Shown: piece after piece, positions 24,412 to 38,283 of the stretch | Layout: the number at the start of each line of letters is the position of its first letter | Numbering within the stretch: position 1 is the stretch's first letter | NCBI GenBank assembly: GCA_965644295.1 | Contig: CBFFRP010000424.1 | Location: forward strand, 122,611 to 186,610 | Source: Paraphysomonas bandaiensis | Taxonomy: Eukaryota; Protista; Chrysophyceae | Length of the DNA stretch: 64,000 bases | Direction: 5' to 3' | Notes under the pieces: generated by a model | What the model was told of the DNA's origin: nothing | Seen by the model: only the letters and a program-made list of their open reading frames with translations | Databases searched by the model: none | Translations under genes and position numbers: made by a program

Positions 24412-27400
24412 CTAATCATCTGCTGCCGAGCATGTTTGATGAAGTTCATCATAATCCAAATCGGCGTTATCATCATCAGATAACGAGTATCTAGGGCGTA
24501 ATGCAATGCACACAATACCACCCAAAACAAAATATTTAATGATCTTCCATAGTAGCAGCAAAACCGCCTTGGCGACAAGCCGGCGGTGAGCTACCCGAGA
24601 CTTGTGTGATGATATATTGGCAATACTGGCGCTCTTGTCATCGGCACCGGTCTCACTGCCATGTGTGATGTCGCTTGGAGCATCACTTTCAAACACCACG
24701 TCCACAGCGGCAAGTGCACAAACAGAGAGACCACTACATGAATCCACATTCACCCTCACAGCGTACCCTTTATGTCCTGCAACAATCGAACGTATGGGCA
24801 GTCGATGCAGCACAGAAACATGCGTCTGGCCACCAGGTGAAATGGCGTACGAGTCGCCCTCCTCCACCACCTCTACTGCCCAGCATCCCACACTATGAGT
24901 ACTTTCAGCAAGAGAATCGACTAATACTCTATTGGCTGTAGCATTCAAAGTTGCTGCCTCCTGAAGTGACGTAAGAGAGCGCACACCTTTTAACCGACCC
25001 GGAGATCCGGGAACCTCTTCTACCTTCTTCAAACAATGCCGCCCCTCTCTCGATATGACTGTAAAGTTTGTATCGTCCGGAATAACCAAGTTTTCTGAAT
25101 CACTACTCTCTATATTTTCAACTTCCACCATTTCAGAAATAATGATTTCATCCAGAGCTCTATCAGATACACCAGCTGACCACACGTCCTTCCATTCTCC
25201 ATCACCGCCTTTAGCAGATATAAGCACTACACCAGTGCTTTCCTTGAACCCCCCTTCAGCCACTTGTCCAGCATGTACCACACCAGCATCACCACTGTGG
25301 GAAGCACCGATTTGTGGAGGCATTAATGTATCGCCGCCACTCCCACTCTTCTGCTCCCCTACTAGAGAGTGCTCACTGTCTGAGTCCCCGATAATACTGC
25401 TCATGTCCAATTCTTCATCATCTTCGGACAAGCGGTGGAACTTCTCGATGTGTGACATATAAAACCCTTCTTCCTCCTCAGCGTCATCGCCACTATCGCT
25501 GCTCTGTCCATCGTCACCCACGATCTCTGCAGCATCCGGAGGGGTTCCTAACACCCACATCACCCGGCTCTCAGTGATAGTACCTTGTTCTTGAGCTTTC
25601 AAAGTCCTCCAGCTTCCATTACGACGCAATCCCTTACTCGGCCATCCGTCCCCATTTGGTGTCAATAATACAGACACGGGCTCCTGTGCACTTTTATTGT
25701 GCCGTTCCATAATATCCTCGGACTCATGCTGAACTGCTCGATGCGGTTCGCCAATACCTGCCGAAGAGACAAAAGGGCGAGGAGACAGAAGGCGGGAAGA
25801 AGGTAAACGTTGCACAACTCTGACACCTAAAGTAGGAGGCGCCTCGAAAACTCTGGACATCCACATAATATATAAAGTCAGATGATTCATTTAAATCGTA
25901 TCTAAATGAAAATACCTGACACTATGACCCCAGCCGCCAGTAATCAGACAGCTCCCGTCCCACAGACTTCCAGCGGCCATTTCTACCCACACTATCCCCC
26001 GCATTCGTTCAAGTGCTGCAGCTCCATTTCTCCACCTCGGCTTAGCACTTGCTTCTGATGCACTATTTCTCCGAGAGTTTTTAGGGCCCAGTACACTGGA
26101 CCCAGCAGAGCCATCCAGCGATTTACTTCTTCCAACCCTCACCTGCCCCACTGCTCCACGAGTTTCTCTTTTGTCCTCCGGAATCTGTATTGCACGCTTC
26201 ACAGCACTGCTGATCACATCCCTAAGGCCTGGCACAGAAGAACTTGCGAAAACTGGTTCGCCTTCCCGATCTCCCTCACGACTAACGTTGAGCACGCCAC
26301 TGGACGGGGCTATTCTTTGCCGGCCTTCCACATATAATAAAACACCTTCAATGGGCGTCGCTAAAACTCGTTGAGCGCCGTCTTCACCTTCCGGTCTATG
26401 TGTGGTTTTCCAGCCCTTTTTTCCTTTCCTTTTTGCGTTCATTTGGTCTTTGTCAAATTCATCACCACTTTCTGTGTAGCTGTCCGTCGCCCGCTCTATG
26501 GCTCTCTAAAGCAACACAACAACACTATGAGATAGTCTGCATGCCAAATATCATGGCAGATGACATACCGTAATACATCTAGATAACACTCCCGACATAT
26601 TCAAATCACTCTCAGCGGACGCTTTCTTGCGATTGACCACTGGACTGAATGAGCCCGAGATGTACACACTATCTAAACTGACTACATACTCATCATCATC
26701 GAAGTCGTCGTCCAAATTGCTGCTTACTATGGGCTCTAACTCAGGCAAAATTTCAGAAAACACAATATCGTTCTCAAAGGGGTCGGCACGCGGTCTGTTG
26801 GTATTAGGACGTTTTGGGACAGACACACTTCTCAGGCCACTCTGTAAACGGTCAACTAGTGTTGGATGAGTTTCCGAGCTCTTGCTACGAGTAGCTCCTG
26901 CACTGTGCTGGTTCACTATCCACTCCCTCCAGTCAGCTAAGACTTCCTTAAGCTCAGCCCGTAACTTCGTTCTTAGAGTATGGAGACAGTGTGCGCCTTC
27001 AACGGCAGATACAACACTACCCTCCTCCGCATGTAGGGACACTGCCAGCACGTTTCGTGTGATTTCTTCTAACCTTGCCCATCCCTCATCCGTTTCGTAC
27101 ACACACACACGCTGTCTGTCCACACGCCGATCTCTAAGCAAGGCTGCACGCGCCTTTAAGGCATCTGACAACGTAGGTGCGCCAGGTAACCTGGCGGTCA
27201 CCTTTCGCCACTCCCGCGAACAAATAGATCGCGTAAGTTGACTATCTGCATCGCGCCAACCGAATCGGCAACTTCCAGCTACTGATAGAACTCGGACAGT
27301 GGTCGCACCCGTGTCTTCGTTTCGTACACTTGACCCTACAAGGGCAACCTCGTCGGGATTTTCCACCTCTACCACACTCGCGCTAGTGTACTCTGATAGT

Positions 27401-28332
27401 CGCTAATCACATTATCTAATAGCAGCACTAATCAAAACTCACCTTCACCAACCTCTACGACAAGAAACCGCACAGTGGCATCCTCGCTTTCCAATGGTGT
27501 CTCACCCCGTCCACTTCCAGCCGCCACCCTTAGAGATCCCATGTGTTTCATACTCTCTAACGCCGCCAAAGCTCCCGCTCCAGTTCCAACAGAAGTAGTG
27601 TTGTTCCCACCAGCAGCCGCAGTTGCAACGAAAGCGACCGACAAAGCACACGCGGAACTGCAGCAAGTGATATATAAAGAGATGTATACGACAATTATAT
27701 ATCAGCACATACCTCACTACCATTTTTGGATCAGTATTATAGGTGCTGTTCACAGAAACCCTCTCAAGAGACCTCAATAAGTCTCCCCTAGCCCGGCCAC
27801 TCATTGGAGTCGGAACACAGAGAGTAACATTGCAAGACAGGTCACGCATATCCGTCCCTGCATCTGTCTCTATGACAGACTGCAGAACAGATCTCAGCAG
27901 GTCCGAAAACAACACTCTAAGGTTAACTTCTATCCTCTCGCCGCTGTCACTATAGCACACTAATACATTACTATCCGCATCACCAGCAGCAGCAGACCCA
28001 CAGACATCACCAGCAGCAGTATCAGACATCCCGCTAGAGACAAGTGCCCTCACTGCCCCCTCCAGTACCAGCTCACGCTGCATCGGTCCTTTGTGTTCGT
28101 CCTTGCACTGCAGGAAACCCACAGAGCGGGCGGGAAGACGAGAGTGTTTGTAGGAACCATCAGAAGCATCATATCCAATCAAAGCACTCGATAGACTCTC
28201 ATATGAAGGGAAAACATCTACTCTACCGCCCAGTACACTCGATCCAAGACACACTGACACGGACTGGGGGTCACTGGATATAGAGGTCAGTAGTAAGCTG
28301 TCGGGGATGAGGATCCAGGACGGCTTAAACAT
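24412..28332 (-). CDS. Highly divergent Hsp70-like (actin-fold) protein with long disordered insert and C-terminal transmembrane segment
   Basis: Four GT-AG introns join ORFs 27502-28467, 27432-27644, 26551-27375, 25891-26442 and 24412-25890. Motifs NVTLCVPTPMSGRARGDLL, RFLVVEVGE, VLSVAGSCRFGWRDAD and VRVNVDSCSGLSVCA parallel Hsp70 motifs. Hydrophobic tail AVLLLLWKIIKYFVLGGIVCIAL. Confidence 0.55.
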
Positions 28333-28846
28333 TATGATCTTAGTTCTATAGTACGCGTATATATGCACTGTAGGTATGTATAAGACTGATACGATGACAG
28401 GACTAACAAACACACGTGTCACACATCTCTCTGTTGTTCTATAGGTATACTCTGACAATCCGTTCACTTCACTTCACTTCAATGGGTTTTCATCCAATAA
28501 AATCAACACCATTAAATTAGATAGGGTACAATTAATTGAATGATGTGATTCTGCACACTTCCAGTGTACCTGTGACTGGACCTGTACATGTACCTGTACA
28601 TGTATGATGTTTATTCACACATGGATATACAGTACTACTGTTGTGTAGTCCTATGGATTGTGTGAGTATACTGCAGTAGTATCACTGTATACCAGGACGT
28701 ATGGAGGGTATGATATACTACAGTGTATGACATACAGCAGCTCTCTCTCTCTATATATATATGTGTATGTGTGTATGTATGCCTGCGCTGTTATTGCACG
28801 AGCACTGCACACCAGAGCTGGCTGATAGCAACAGATAGCCCACACT

Positions 28847-31079
28847 ATGGCCTCCCGCTCTGCGCCGAAGAAGCTTCTTCTGTGTGTTAAGATCATTGAG
28901 GAGCAGTTTGGCTCGGAGGTGTCGGTAAGCATATCGTGTATGTATGTATGTGTATGTGAATGTATGCTGCTGCTGTTGAGCTACTGGATGTCACAGCATG
29001 CACTCAGAGTTAGTTGCATCCTGTTGTTGTCGTGTTTCTGTGTGCAGTTATGTGTGTGCAGAGCTGAGCCGTCTCTTACTAAGGGAAGAAGTACAAATCA
29101 GCTGCTCATTTGTTGTATCTGATATCTCTAGCTGCACTGTACAACCCGCCGTCTGTTTCTTTGTGTATTTAATAGTTTCTGTCAGAGCGTGGCTCAATAT
29201 CTCATCCATCACGAGAGAAATACGTTGGCCGATATTACGCAGCATTTTGCTCAAAATGGAAATAAGCTGGGACTAAATGAGATAAGGAATGCTCTACTTG
29301 TACTTTTACAGCACAACTGCCTCGAACTCTCTCGTCCTGCTTCTACCCTCAAAGACGAAACTATGCGAGACGAGGATGACTTTTCCAAAGGGCTGGAATA
29401 TCGTATAAACGTAGGGATGGTGACTAATAGAATTCGATTTCCCCAGTTGCTGTCTGTTATTAGCAGAAACTATGGTGATGTTGGTGTCATGATTATGACA
29501 GAGATCATACATCATGGACGGATTGCAGCAGAAGATATTATTAGTGCTGTTGTTGAAAAGAGTGAGGTGCTAGCAATAGGGCTGCAGGACTCAGGAACAT
29601 TATCTCGAGATGAGGTGCAAGGGGTACTTGAGGAGCTGATTGAGCGGAGACTGGTAGTAACTGCCCCTGCTCTCGAAGTCCTCGTATCGCGTACGGAGGT
29701 GCAGGAAAGCACCAATTCGCTTATGGGCTCAGCTCTTTCAGCAGACGCTACTGCCACTGCATCTAGCAGCAATCCTCGGAAGCGTAAACAACCCTCGAAT
29801 TCTGGTTCCAGTGCAACTGACGAACCTCCTGTAAGCGTGCGGCGACGTACAGCAGCTTCGACGGAAAGAAAACAAGAGGAGCTCCCTCTAGAGCTACGCA
29901 TCATGCTCGAGAAAGAAAAACAGGATGGAGTGGTTGAGGAGAGTAGTAATGGCAAGGCTCCTGGCAGATCGGTGAGAACTGAGAGGAGTACGAGAGGAAG
30001 AGGGCGTGGGAGAGGGCGTGGAGGAAAAATGAAGCCAGACGACGCTGATACTCCATCTGAAGAGGTGTGGAGTTATATATCACTTCTCTATTTGTATGAT
30101 GTCATCGTGTCAGACCTCTGAGCGTCAAACGTTCAGCCAAGGGAATCCTTCCTCTACTTTGGAGGGTCCCAGGGCGGGTGTACTCTGGATGGTGGGCTGG
30201 GAGCAGCTTACGCGAGAACAAAGACACCAGTTGTGTATATCTGTAGCTCGACAGCGAATGGGAAATTTAGCTTCCAGGATAGTCCGCATTATTTTGAAGC
30301 GATCTATGCCTACTGAAGTTGGAATAACATCCCACTCCGCTGGGATGGGTTTACTTGATGTGATCCAGGCGCTGAAGGACGAAGATGGTGGTAAGGCCGA
30401 AGGGCTAGATATGCATACAGTGCGTCGAGTGATGGAACTAATGCGTTGTGATGCCCTTGGAATCGTTGACAAAGCGCCAGGAGTAGATTCCAGAGATCAG
30501 GGTGCCCGCTACATGGTCAGTATTGCAGGTACATACGATGTCGTGATCTTTCGTGTCTACAATTAGTTAATATGATGGCATTCAGATGTAGTCAAGGCAG
30601 TTCGTGGGCGGCTGATTCATGATATTGCTGTAGAAAAGTTTGGCAAAGAATCAGCACGCATAGTCGAACTGTTGCAGCGGCATAAGTATCTTGAGCAGCA
30701 AAAGTTATCTGAAATGGTTATTTTGCCCGCCCGCGGTGGTCGGGAAAGACTCTACGTGCTCTACAAACACCACTGGGTGGAGTACTTAGAGGTATCCAAA
30801 CGAGGGGATTATAACCCGGGCTCTACCTACTTTTTTTGGACTCTAAATGAACAAAAGATGCAAGCATCGCTAGTGGACAACATGTATGGGGTCGTGTGTA
30901 ACCTTCGCAGCCGAAGGGATGCGGAGTACTCTCAGGGCAAAGATGTAATTGAGTTCGCCCACACAATCAGCGACGCAAAAGAAGCAGAAAAATTTGATAA
31001 ACTGCAGGAGACATTAGAAAGGCTTGACAACGCTATTATCAGAGTATATGAAAACATCACCGTTATCGAAACTCTGTAG
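28847..31079 (+). CDS. RPC3: RNA polymerase III subunit RPC3 (C82/POLR3C)
   Basis: LCVKIIEEQFGSEVS|SVAQYLIHH...IRNALLVLLQHN, NRIRFPQLL, KFGKESARIVELLQRHKYLEQQKLSEMVILP and YFFW match RPC82/RPC62. GT-AG introns. Confidence 0.9.
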
Positions 31080-31269
31080 ATAACATATTAATTTTTAATT
31101 ATTTGAAACAAACAAAACTCCTAGCTCTGTTTATCGACTTCACATGTATCGGAATGATTTTGTACATCAACAAGGAGCTAGTAATATTTCAGTGACAAAC
31201 TCTGGTTTTGGGCGTTGGCCGTACTTTAGTGGAAGATATACATATGGACCACCAGGGCATTGCCTAGTT

Positions 31270-31520
31270 ATGGTGCAATACACACGTAATGAATAGGCGT
31301 GTAAGAGTCAGAAGTCAGAACTATTCTAGCATAGTAATTCCCTAACTAGAGCTTAGCTCGGATATCTTATATCCTACGAAAGCTGCTTGTGTGCCACCGC
31401 AAACACCAAGGTGCAACCACTTTCGCTCTATCACTCGAAGCAAACGCAGTGAGAAAGTAGAATGTTGCTGACATCTGCTGACTTCAGGAGTTTTGAGTCC
31501 TGAAGGTGAACGACCGAACA
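31270..31520 (-). mobile_element. Diverged partial retroposon copy (E), 3' tail motif
   Basis: 31377-31425 is the reverse complement of CGAAAGTGGTTGCACCTTGGTGTTTGCGGTGGCACACAAGCAGCTTTCG. Confidence 0.75.
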
Positions 31521-32227
31521 ACCCTGGTGCTTTACTTCAACACGCAGTCCGACACCCCATTCACCTTCCTTCTGTAGTTTTATTAGGTGATACCTTACGC
31601 GCTACCTATATATTCATCGCACCGCCACATCGCTGAGCAACCAAAACTTTCTTTCTGCAGTCATCATGTTTGATGTTTGATGGCATGCTGCTAGAAGTTG
31701 CTCCACCCATAACCCTTCTTTTTCTTCAGTCCACTCCCGTCGTCGTTCTTTTTATTTATTTCTGATACCAGTTTTTGCTCATATCGCTATCACTTAGTGA
31801 AATAGATTGCAATAGATTTTATTGTCTTCTACCTTTTATTATACAAATTGAATTTTTCAGAACTAAAAATACTGTACCAAATTGGTGGTATTTTTTTGAT
31901 CAATTAATATAAGCTAACTGGAGTCAATTATAATTGCAGTTTTAATAATTGACAATTGATACGCATCCCTGTTATTAGGAATAGTTCTCAATTATATGGT
32001 TATTAGAAGTTAGTAGTATTGGATGTTGGATAGTTGATATACTACACACTACACACAGTTCTTTCTGTTATTTTGAAATTCTATATCGACGAGTAAGGCT
32101 ACTGAGGGTATTCAAACATGTATTGAGTTACATCGCCTACACTAGCATAGACATCAGATAATAATGTAAATACAAAACTGGTCCAATTATGCTCTAACAG
32201 CTACATCTGACTAGATACTACTAATAC

Positions 32228-34129
32228 CTACTGCGCATCGCTCACAGGCCAGCTGGACGGAAAAGGAAACGCTTCTGTCAGAGCACCGTGTTCTGTAAGT
32301 AGCGCTTTCAGTTTGGTATTGCGATGTCGGTAATACTCGTCTAACATAGTCCGGGTTGTTGGCAGCAGTGGACCATAAAATGGAACCGCACCACTTCCGC
32401 TATTTCCTGAAGAACTAGATTTCGAAGAACGCCAAAACTCTTTCCACACATATGAAAAACCCTACCCTATGAATTAAGCAATGTTCGGTGCCATGTCAAA
32501 AGACGAACCTGATCACCATTCTTAGTCGTGAACATAGAATTCTCTGCCAGTAGAGACGGTGAGTATAACTCAAAATATACATCAGGTGGCACTAACTCAC
32601 CTTGGTAATCAAATGGCGGGAGACCTAGAAACTCTTCTGTGCGTCGAAGGACACTTTGGGTGTCCCTGGTCATATACTTCTATATCAGGATGTGGCACAA
32701 ACGCACAATATAACCTACCTAATCATGTGTTCTTGAAATAGAACCAGCACCTGGTTGCTAGGAAACCTAAACACAACATTATTCGTGCCCAGCAATGACA
32801 GATAGGGTATCCTGCACGACACTTACGATGCATATATGTTTCTAAGTTGTTCTTCGTAATGACCTATTGCTATGTCCTGATATCCGTTGGGAGTAATATC
32901 CGCGATAGAGGAAGATTCTGTCGCAGCAACACTGTTCTCGCCAGTGTTCACCCCGAATGCGTATCTATAAGAAGAAAACATATGAGTAAACATAATGACA
33001 TCATGGTACCCACACCGCACCTATGAAAGTCAATAGCGGTACACTTGCCCTTTTCAAGAGGCTGTGCATGTTGCATGGGAATATTCTGCTCGACACGTCA
33101 ATATGACACGCTATGACAAAAGAACGCACCGTGTAATCCTGCTCTTTGCTCCCGTCATTATTATACTCACTGTCTACTCGTAACACAGAACCGACAGGAA
33201 CTGGCCGCCCTGTAAAGGTGTGATTGTACGCCCGTTTAACCTTAACGAATCGTGTATGCCGGCAGTTGTGCTGGAACCCTGATACATGACTGCACTGTCA
33301 ATCTCGTACGGTCTAATAGGGAGTTACGCACCTGAATACGCCCTCGAGGAAGGGTTCCTCAATGTGACTATGATCTTGGCACTAGGCACCAACAATGCCA
33401 TTTGCTTGATCTTTTCAGGGTCGCGCATATAGTCCGGACTCTTGTCAAATGTATACACTTGACTACAAACAGTTACCTAACTAATATTCCAGTGAAGAGA
33501 TAAGAGTGTACCTTGCACGTTTATAGCTCATTCGCGGAAAGTGCTGTGCATAGGCCGACCACTTGCACTCAGCGGCCTCATACTGTAGCAGAGGTCTTAA
33601 GTATCACTATAAATAATAAAACACAACTCACATTTCGACCAAAAAAATGGATTTCATTCGTGTTATCTGCTCCTTTACCGGACTGCAGGTGAGGATGCTT
33701 CTCCAGCCAACGCAGGAGCGCACCAGTGCCCGACTTCATCGCACCTGCAATCACAAATGACGGCAAGCAGCGGACTTTTGAACCACTCGAAACACAGTAT
33801 CCGGCATCTAATCCACGACCACATGCACAGTTCATTGAGAGAGAGGAGTTTAACAGAGGTCTAGATGACCGGCATATGCCTCTACTTCCATCACCATCTC
33901 TATCACGTCCACCGCACTCGATACTATGCATTGAACGAGCATACCTCCAGCATGAGTCTGATGAAGAGGCAGTGGCTGTTGAAGATACGGATGAAGTGAG
34001 AAAACTGTGAGAGAAAAACACCAGAGACAAAAAAAACACAAACAAAAACAACCCCACAACACGACCCCTCCACCGCATAGACCTCACATAGCTACAGTTC
34101 ATTTGGGAGATCCTCGTGTGGTCCCTCAT
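32228..34129 (-). CDS. Membrane-anchored sulfotransferase (heparan 3-O-/N-sulfotransferase-like, Sulfotransfer_1)
   Basis: N-terminal TM. 5'-PSB loop LPSFVIAGAMKSGTGALLRWLEKHP, plus EIHFF, FDKSPDY and the 3'-PB motif LRNPSSRAYS. Many GT-AG introns. Start codon uncertain. Confidence 0.85.
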
Positions 34130-34205
34130 AATCACATCACTCTCCCAGAGCCATACTAACAACACACCACATACATATAATATACACAAACATATATACA
34201 CACAC

Positions 34206-34517
34206 ACATACATACATACATACATACATACATACATACATACATACATACATACATACATACATACATACATACATACATACATACATACATACATACA
34301 TACATACATACATACATACATACATACATACATACATACATACATACATACATACATACATACATACATACATACATACATACATACATACATACATACA
34401 TACATACATACATACATACATACATACATACATACATACATACATACATACATACATACATACATACATACATACATACATACATACATACATACATACA
34501 TACATACATACATACAT
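34206..34517. repeat. (ATAC)n microsatellite, ~310 bp
   Basis: Directly visible. Lies between the divergent sulfotransferase and HADH starts. Confidence 0.99.
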
Positions 34518-34593
34518 GCATGCATGCAGGGATGTGTGTTAAGTATATTCTATAGTTGCTCTACGTGTTCAATATTGTTGTTTAGTTGCTGAG

Positions 34594-35820
34594 ATGTTAC
34601 GTCATACTCGTCGTTGTTTCCAGATGTCTTCTATCCAGAGGGCCGCTCTCTCCTCTGTTAAGGACATCAAGAGAGGTATGTGTGTCTGTGCATGTGTGTG
34701 TGTGTAGTGGTGATGTACTGCATGTGCAGTGGGTGTGGTGGGTCTGGGCCTCATGGGTCACGGGGTCGCACAGGTCACAGCACAGGCCGGATATAATGTA
34801 GTTGCGATCGAGTCGAATGCATCTGCTCTCACTACAGGCGAGAAGGTTCATAAACGTACATCACATGACTGCATCTGACCCGCTTATTACTGCAGAGAAT
34901 AGAGAGCTCCCTGCAGAAGATGATCGCTAAGGATGTCAAGAAGCAGAAGATTACTGAGGTCAGTTGCCATCTTATACAGACAGCGCAGTGTGTGACTGCT
35001 GTCCTTTAGGAGGAGGGCAAGACTCAATTCGCGGAAGTCATGTCTCGTATTGAGCTGAGCACCACTCTGGACGCTGCTCGTGACTGCGACTTAGTGATTG
35101 AGGTATATCCTTTATATCTGAATTGTGTGTACTATTAATTTTCTTCATAGGCTATTGTCGAGAACATGGATGTCAAGTTGGACTTCTATAAGGACTTGGC
35201 AGGCCGAGTTAAACCTGAAGCCATATTTGCTTCAAATACTTCATCTCTGTCAATCACAGGGATGGCTCTTGCATCTGGCAGACCCCATAATTTTGTGGGT
35301 GTTCATTTTTTTAATCCAGGTACTTTCTCCAAACATATTTTATTGTATGTGGCTGATATCCGCCGGCTCTGCAGTCCAGATGATGCGTCTTGTTGAGGTC
35401 ATCAAGACAGAGCATACTTCTCCAGAGGTCTTCGATATGGTTCGTGATTACGTGTCCCGCATCAACAAAGTGTCTGTCGCATGCGGGGATACTCCCGGTT
35501 TTATCGTGAACCGCCTTCTGGTGCCCTACATGGCCCAAGCTATTGCCATGCTTGACCGTGGAGATGCGACTGCCAAGGATATTGATATTTCAATGCAACT
35601 AGGCTCCGGTCACCCCATGGGCCCCATCACCCTGGCCGATTATGTGGGACTTGATACCTGTCTTAATATTTTAGAGGGCTGGGTCAAAGACTATCCGAAT
35701 GAGCCGGCTTTCTTTATTCCGAACAACCTTAGAGAGAAGGTAGCCAAAGGTGAGTTTGGAAGAAAATCAGGAAAAGGTTTTTACCATTGGGATGGAGACA
35801 AAGTTGGAAACCCTGTGTAG
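34594..35820 (+). CDS. HADH: 3-hydroxyacyl-CoA dehydrogenase (mitochondrial type)
   Basis: Spliced protein has VGVVGLGLMGHGVAQ, DLVIE|AIVEN, IFASNTSSL, GVHFFNP|VQMMRLVE, DTPGFIVNRLL, HPMGP and GRKSGKGFY. Five GT-AG introns. Confidence 0.95.
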
Positions 35821-36917
35821 ATACCACCGCATATGGGCTTAAGTAGTTGAGCTGTGATGGTATACCTGCTATGCAGTTTTTAGCTAATCAGATTGTTCAT
35901 GGCGGCTACGCACATTAAGCATTGAAATTTGTCTACTATTTACACTATAATTGATGTTGCTTTTGTGCGCGGTCAGTTACTCAGTTACCGTATCAGGATA
36001 ACCCAAAACTCAGAGTTAGAATATTTCAGTTCCCTTTCAGAAGGCAGTACATTTTTTCACTATTATACACTTAAGAATATGTTGAAAATATAAATTTATA
36101 CATATATAGTATATACTGTACTTACTGCACGAGGAGATTCTTAGACTAGGTTGGAAATGTTATAACCAGCTATCAGGTTATTCTATTCTACAAGCTCTCT
36201 ATTGTATATGCTGAATTTTGTACATACTATCTGTGCAACATAGATTGAATATTATTATTATTGCCATGACTCACACTAAGATATATGATATGTTATGACT
36301 ATGACAATTCATGCTTATCATTAATATTTACATAATCATTCAAAAGACAAAGACAGACATGATTATATATAATAATGATAATGATGATGGATGATATATA
36401 TATATATGTTCTTATTATATATATATATTGACTTTAACAAATTTGATGTTCAAATCTGTAATTGTGATGCGCTGGATTCGAATTTGTTGTCTTCTTCGAC
36501 TGATGTAAAGGAGGGGGGAGTATTAGGGGAAAGTTCAGAATTAAAAAATTCTGCAATTAGATTCAAAGTGGCTGGCTCTACACTAAAAAGAAGAAAGCAG
36601 CCGAGTATCGATGTACAACAATATAGATGCAAAGTCGAGAGTCTACTAAATACGAGTCAGTGAGAACAACCCTCAGGCTTATGCTTGGAGGGTTGGACCC
36701 TTCCATCGCTAATGCCAGTGAAGAACAAATCCGGAACATAGGCATTGCATTTGGATTGAATGAGACTGAAGCAGAGACCTTGGTGTCTCAGAAACACTTT
36801 TCACAATACCAAATACCATCCACATCATTTCACTTCAAGTACAAGTGCATCTTTATCAACTTATACCTTATACATGTCAAACCAAACAACAGACGCTAAT
36901 TAAGAAAAGGTACTATT

Positions 36918-38053
36918 TTATATCCTAATCTTATGCCGTGCTCGACAGCACTTGTCCGGATGAGCCTTCATTAAATTATATCGTCTCCAGAATACCGGTG
37001 ACAGTAGTTCTCTGTACAGCTTACTGTCCGATCCTCCCTTGCACCTTTCAACCGCAAGTTCATGTACTGCATTTCGTACAGAGTCCGTGGGATGGTGTCC
37101 CACACTAAGCTTATTGAACCTACGATTGTTGTATAATCTAACAACACCTGTATGAAATTAACAGCAATTAAATACATCGAAGAATACACTACACATCAAT
37201 GACAAGTACCAGACAGAAAAATAACATTGCAAATTTACGCACCGTAGAAAGCAGATGGATAGAGACACTCTAACATTTCAAGGTACTCCTTCAGATGTTC
37301 AGTTAGTCCAAAAGACATATACTTGCCAAGCTCCGGGTTAATAGCCTTCCGTATTAGCTCTTCCTGATCGGAGGGGATGCCATCACTTCCGTTACTGGCC
37401 ATATAGCGCCATACTATGTTACTATCAAGTGCTTCCTTGAATATTGCTTGTTCCGCTAGGCAAGATATATTCGACATACAACTATCATTAAAATGCAATC
37501 GATGTGCTCTCCCGTGCTCAATTTCTCCTGCTGTAGATGACTGAAGTTCATGCAATGTCATATGAAAATGACTCTCCAAGCGTGACTCACACTCCCTCAC
37601 CACTTGCATAAACTCTATTCTGCCTCTAGCACTCATGCCTAGTAGGGCGGATTCGTTCCACTGGAAGTCATATATATGTCCTGACACTATCATCGCATGT
37701 CTCTTGCTATAAACACCACTCAAATAGTGATACAGCTCACTCCTCCTGCTCGAGTTACTGTATGAGCCCCAGAAGGACTTCGGAACATCAGTGTAGGCAT
37801 AACGCTGTCGAGAAGTAGCGATATTCCTCATCAATCCTTTGGTTGTGGTGCTGCCGCACTTGGGCACCCTGTTGTACACTATAACTGCAGGCTCAGAGGA
37901 CATGCGCACCGCTGAGCACCAGGACTCTTCATCTGATACAGGAGACCCGGGGAACAGCACAGCGATCACCAGAAGGCCGGTTAAGAGTGTCTGCATAGAG
38001 CATGGAGTGTATCTCTCTGTGCTGTGCTGTGCTGCCCATATCCGTATCGGCAT
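36918..38053 (-). CDS. Heparan 2-O-/uronyl sulfotransferase-like (Sulfotransfer_2) protein
   Basis: Signal anchor LLTGLLVIAVLF, then VIVYNRVPKCGSTT and FGLTEHLKEYLEMLECLYP. One 96-nt GT-AG intron joins ORF 36918-37103. Confidence 0.8.
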
Positions 38054-38283
38054 CCTTTGTATATTTTTGTTCAAAGATGCCTCTAATACTGAGACAACAA
38101 TTATATGTATTCTAGCCGTAGTTGTATTACAGTAATATGGAAGATTTATGATTCAATTTGTTTCCGAAAAATAAGATGCTGACTGCCGATCTCAGCAACA
38201 GTACCGTCCCGTGTGGTGGTACTGTATACCGGATACTGTACTATGGTATACGCACATACTACACGACTCTTGGCTGTATGATA

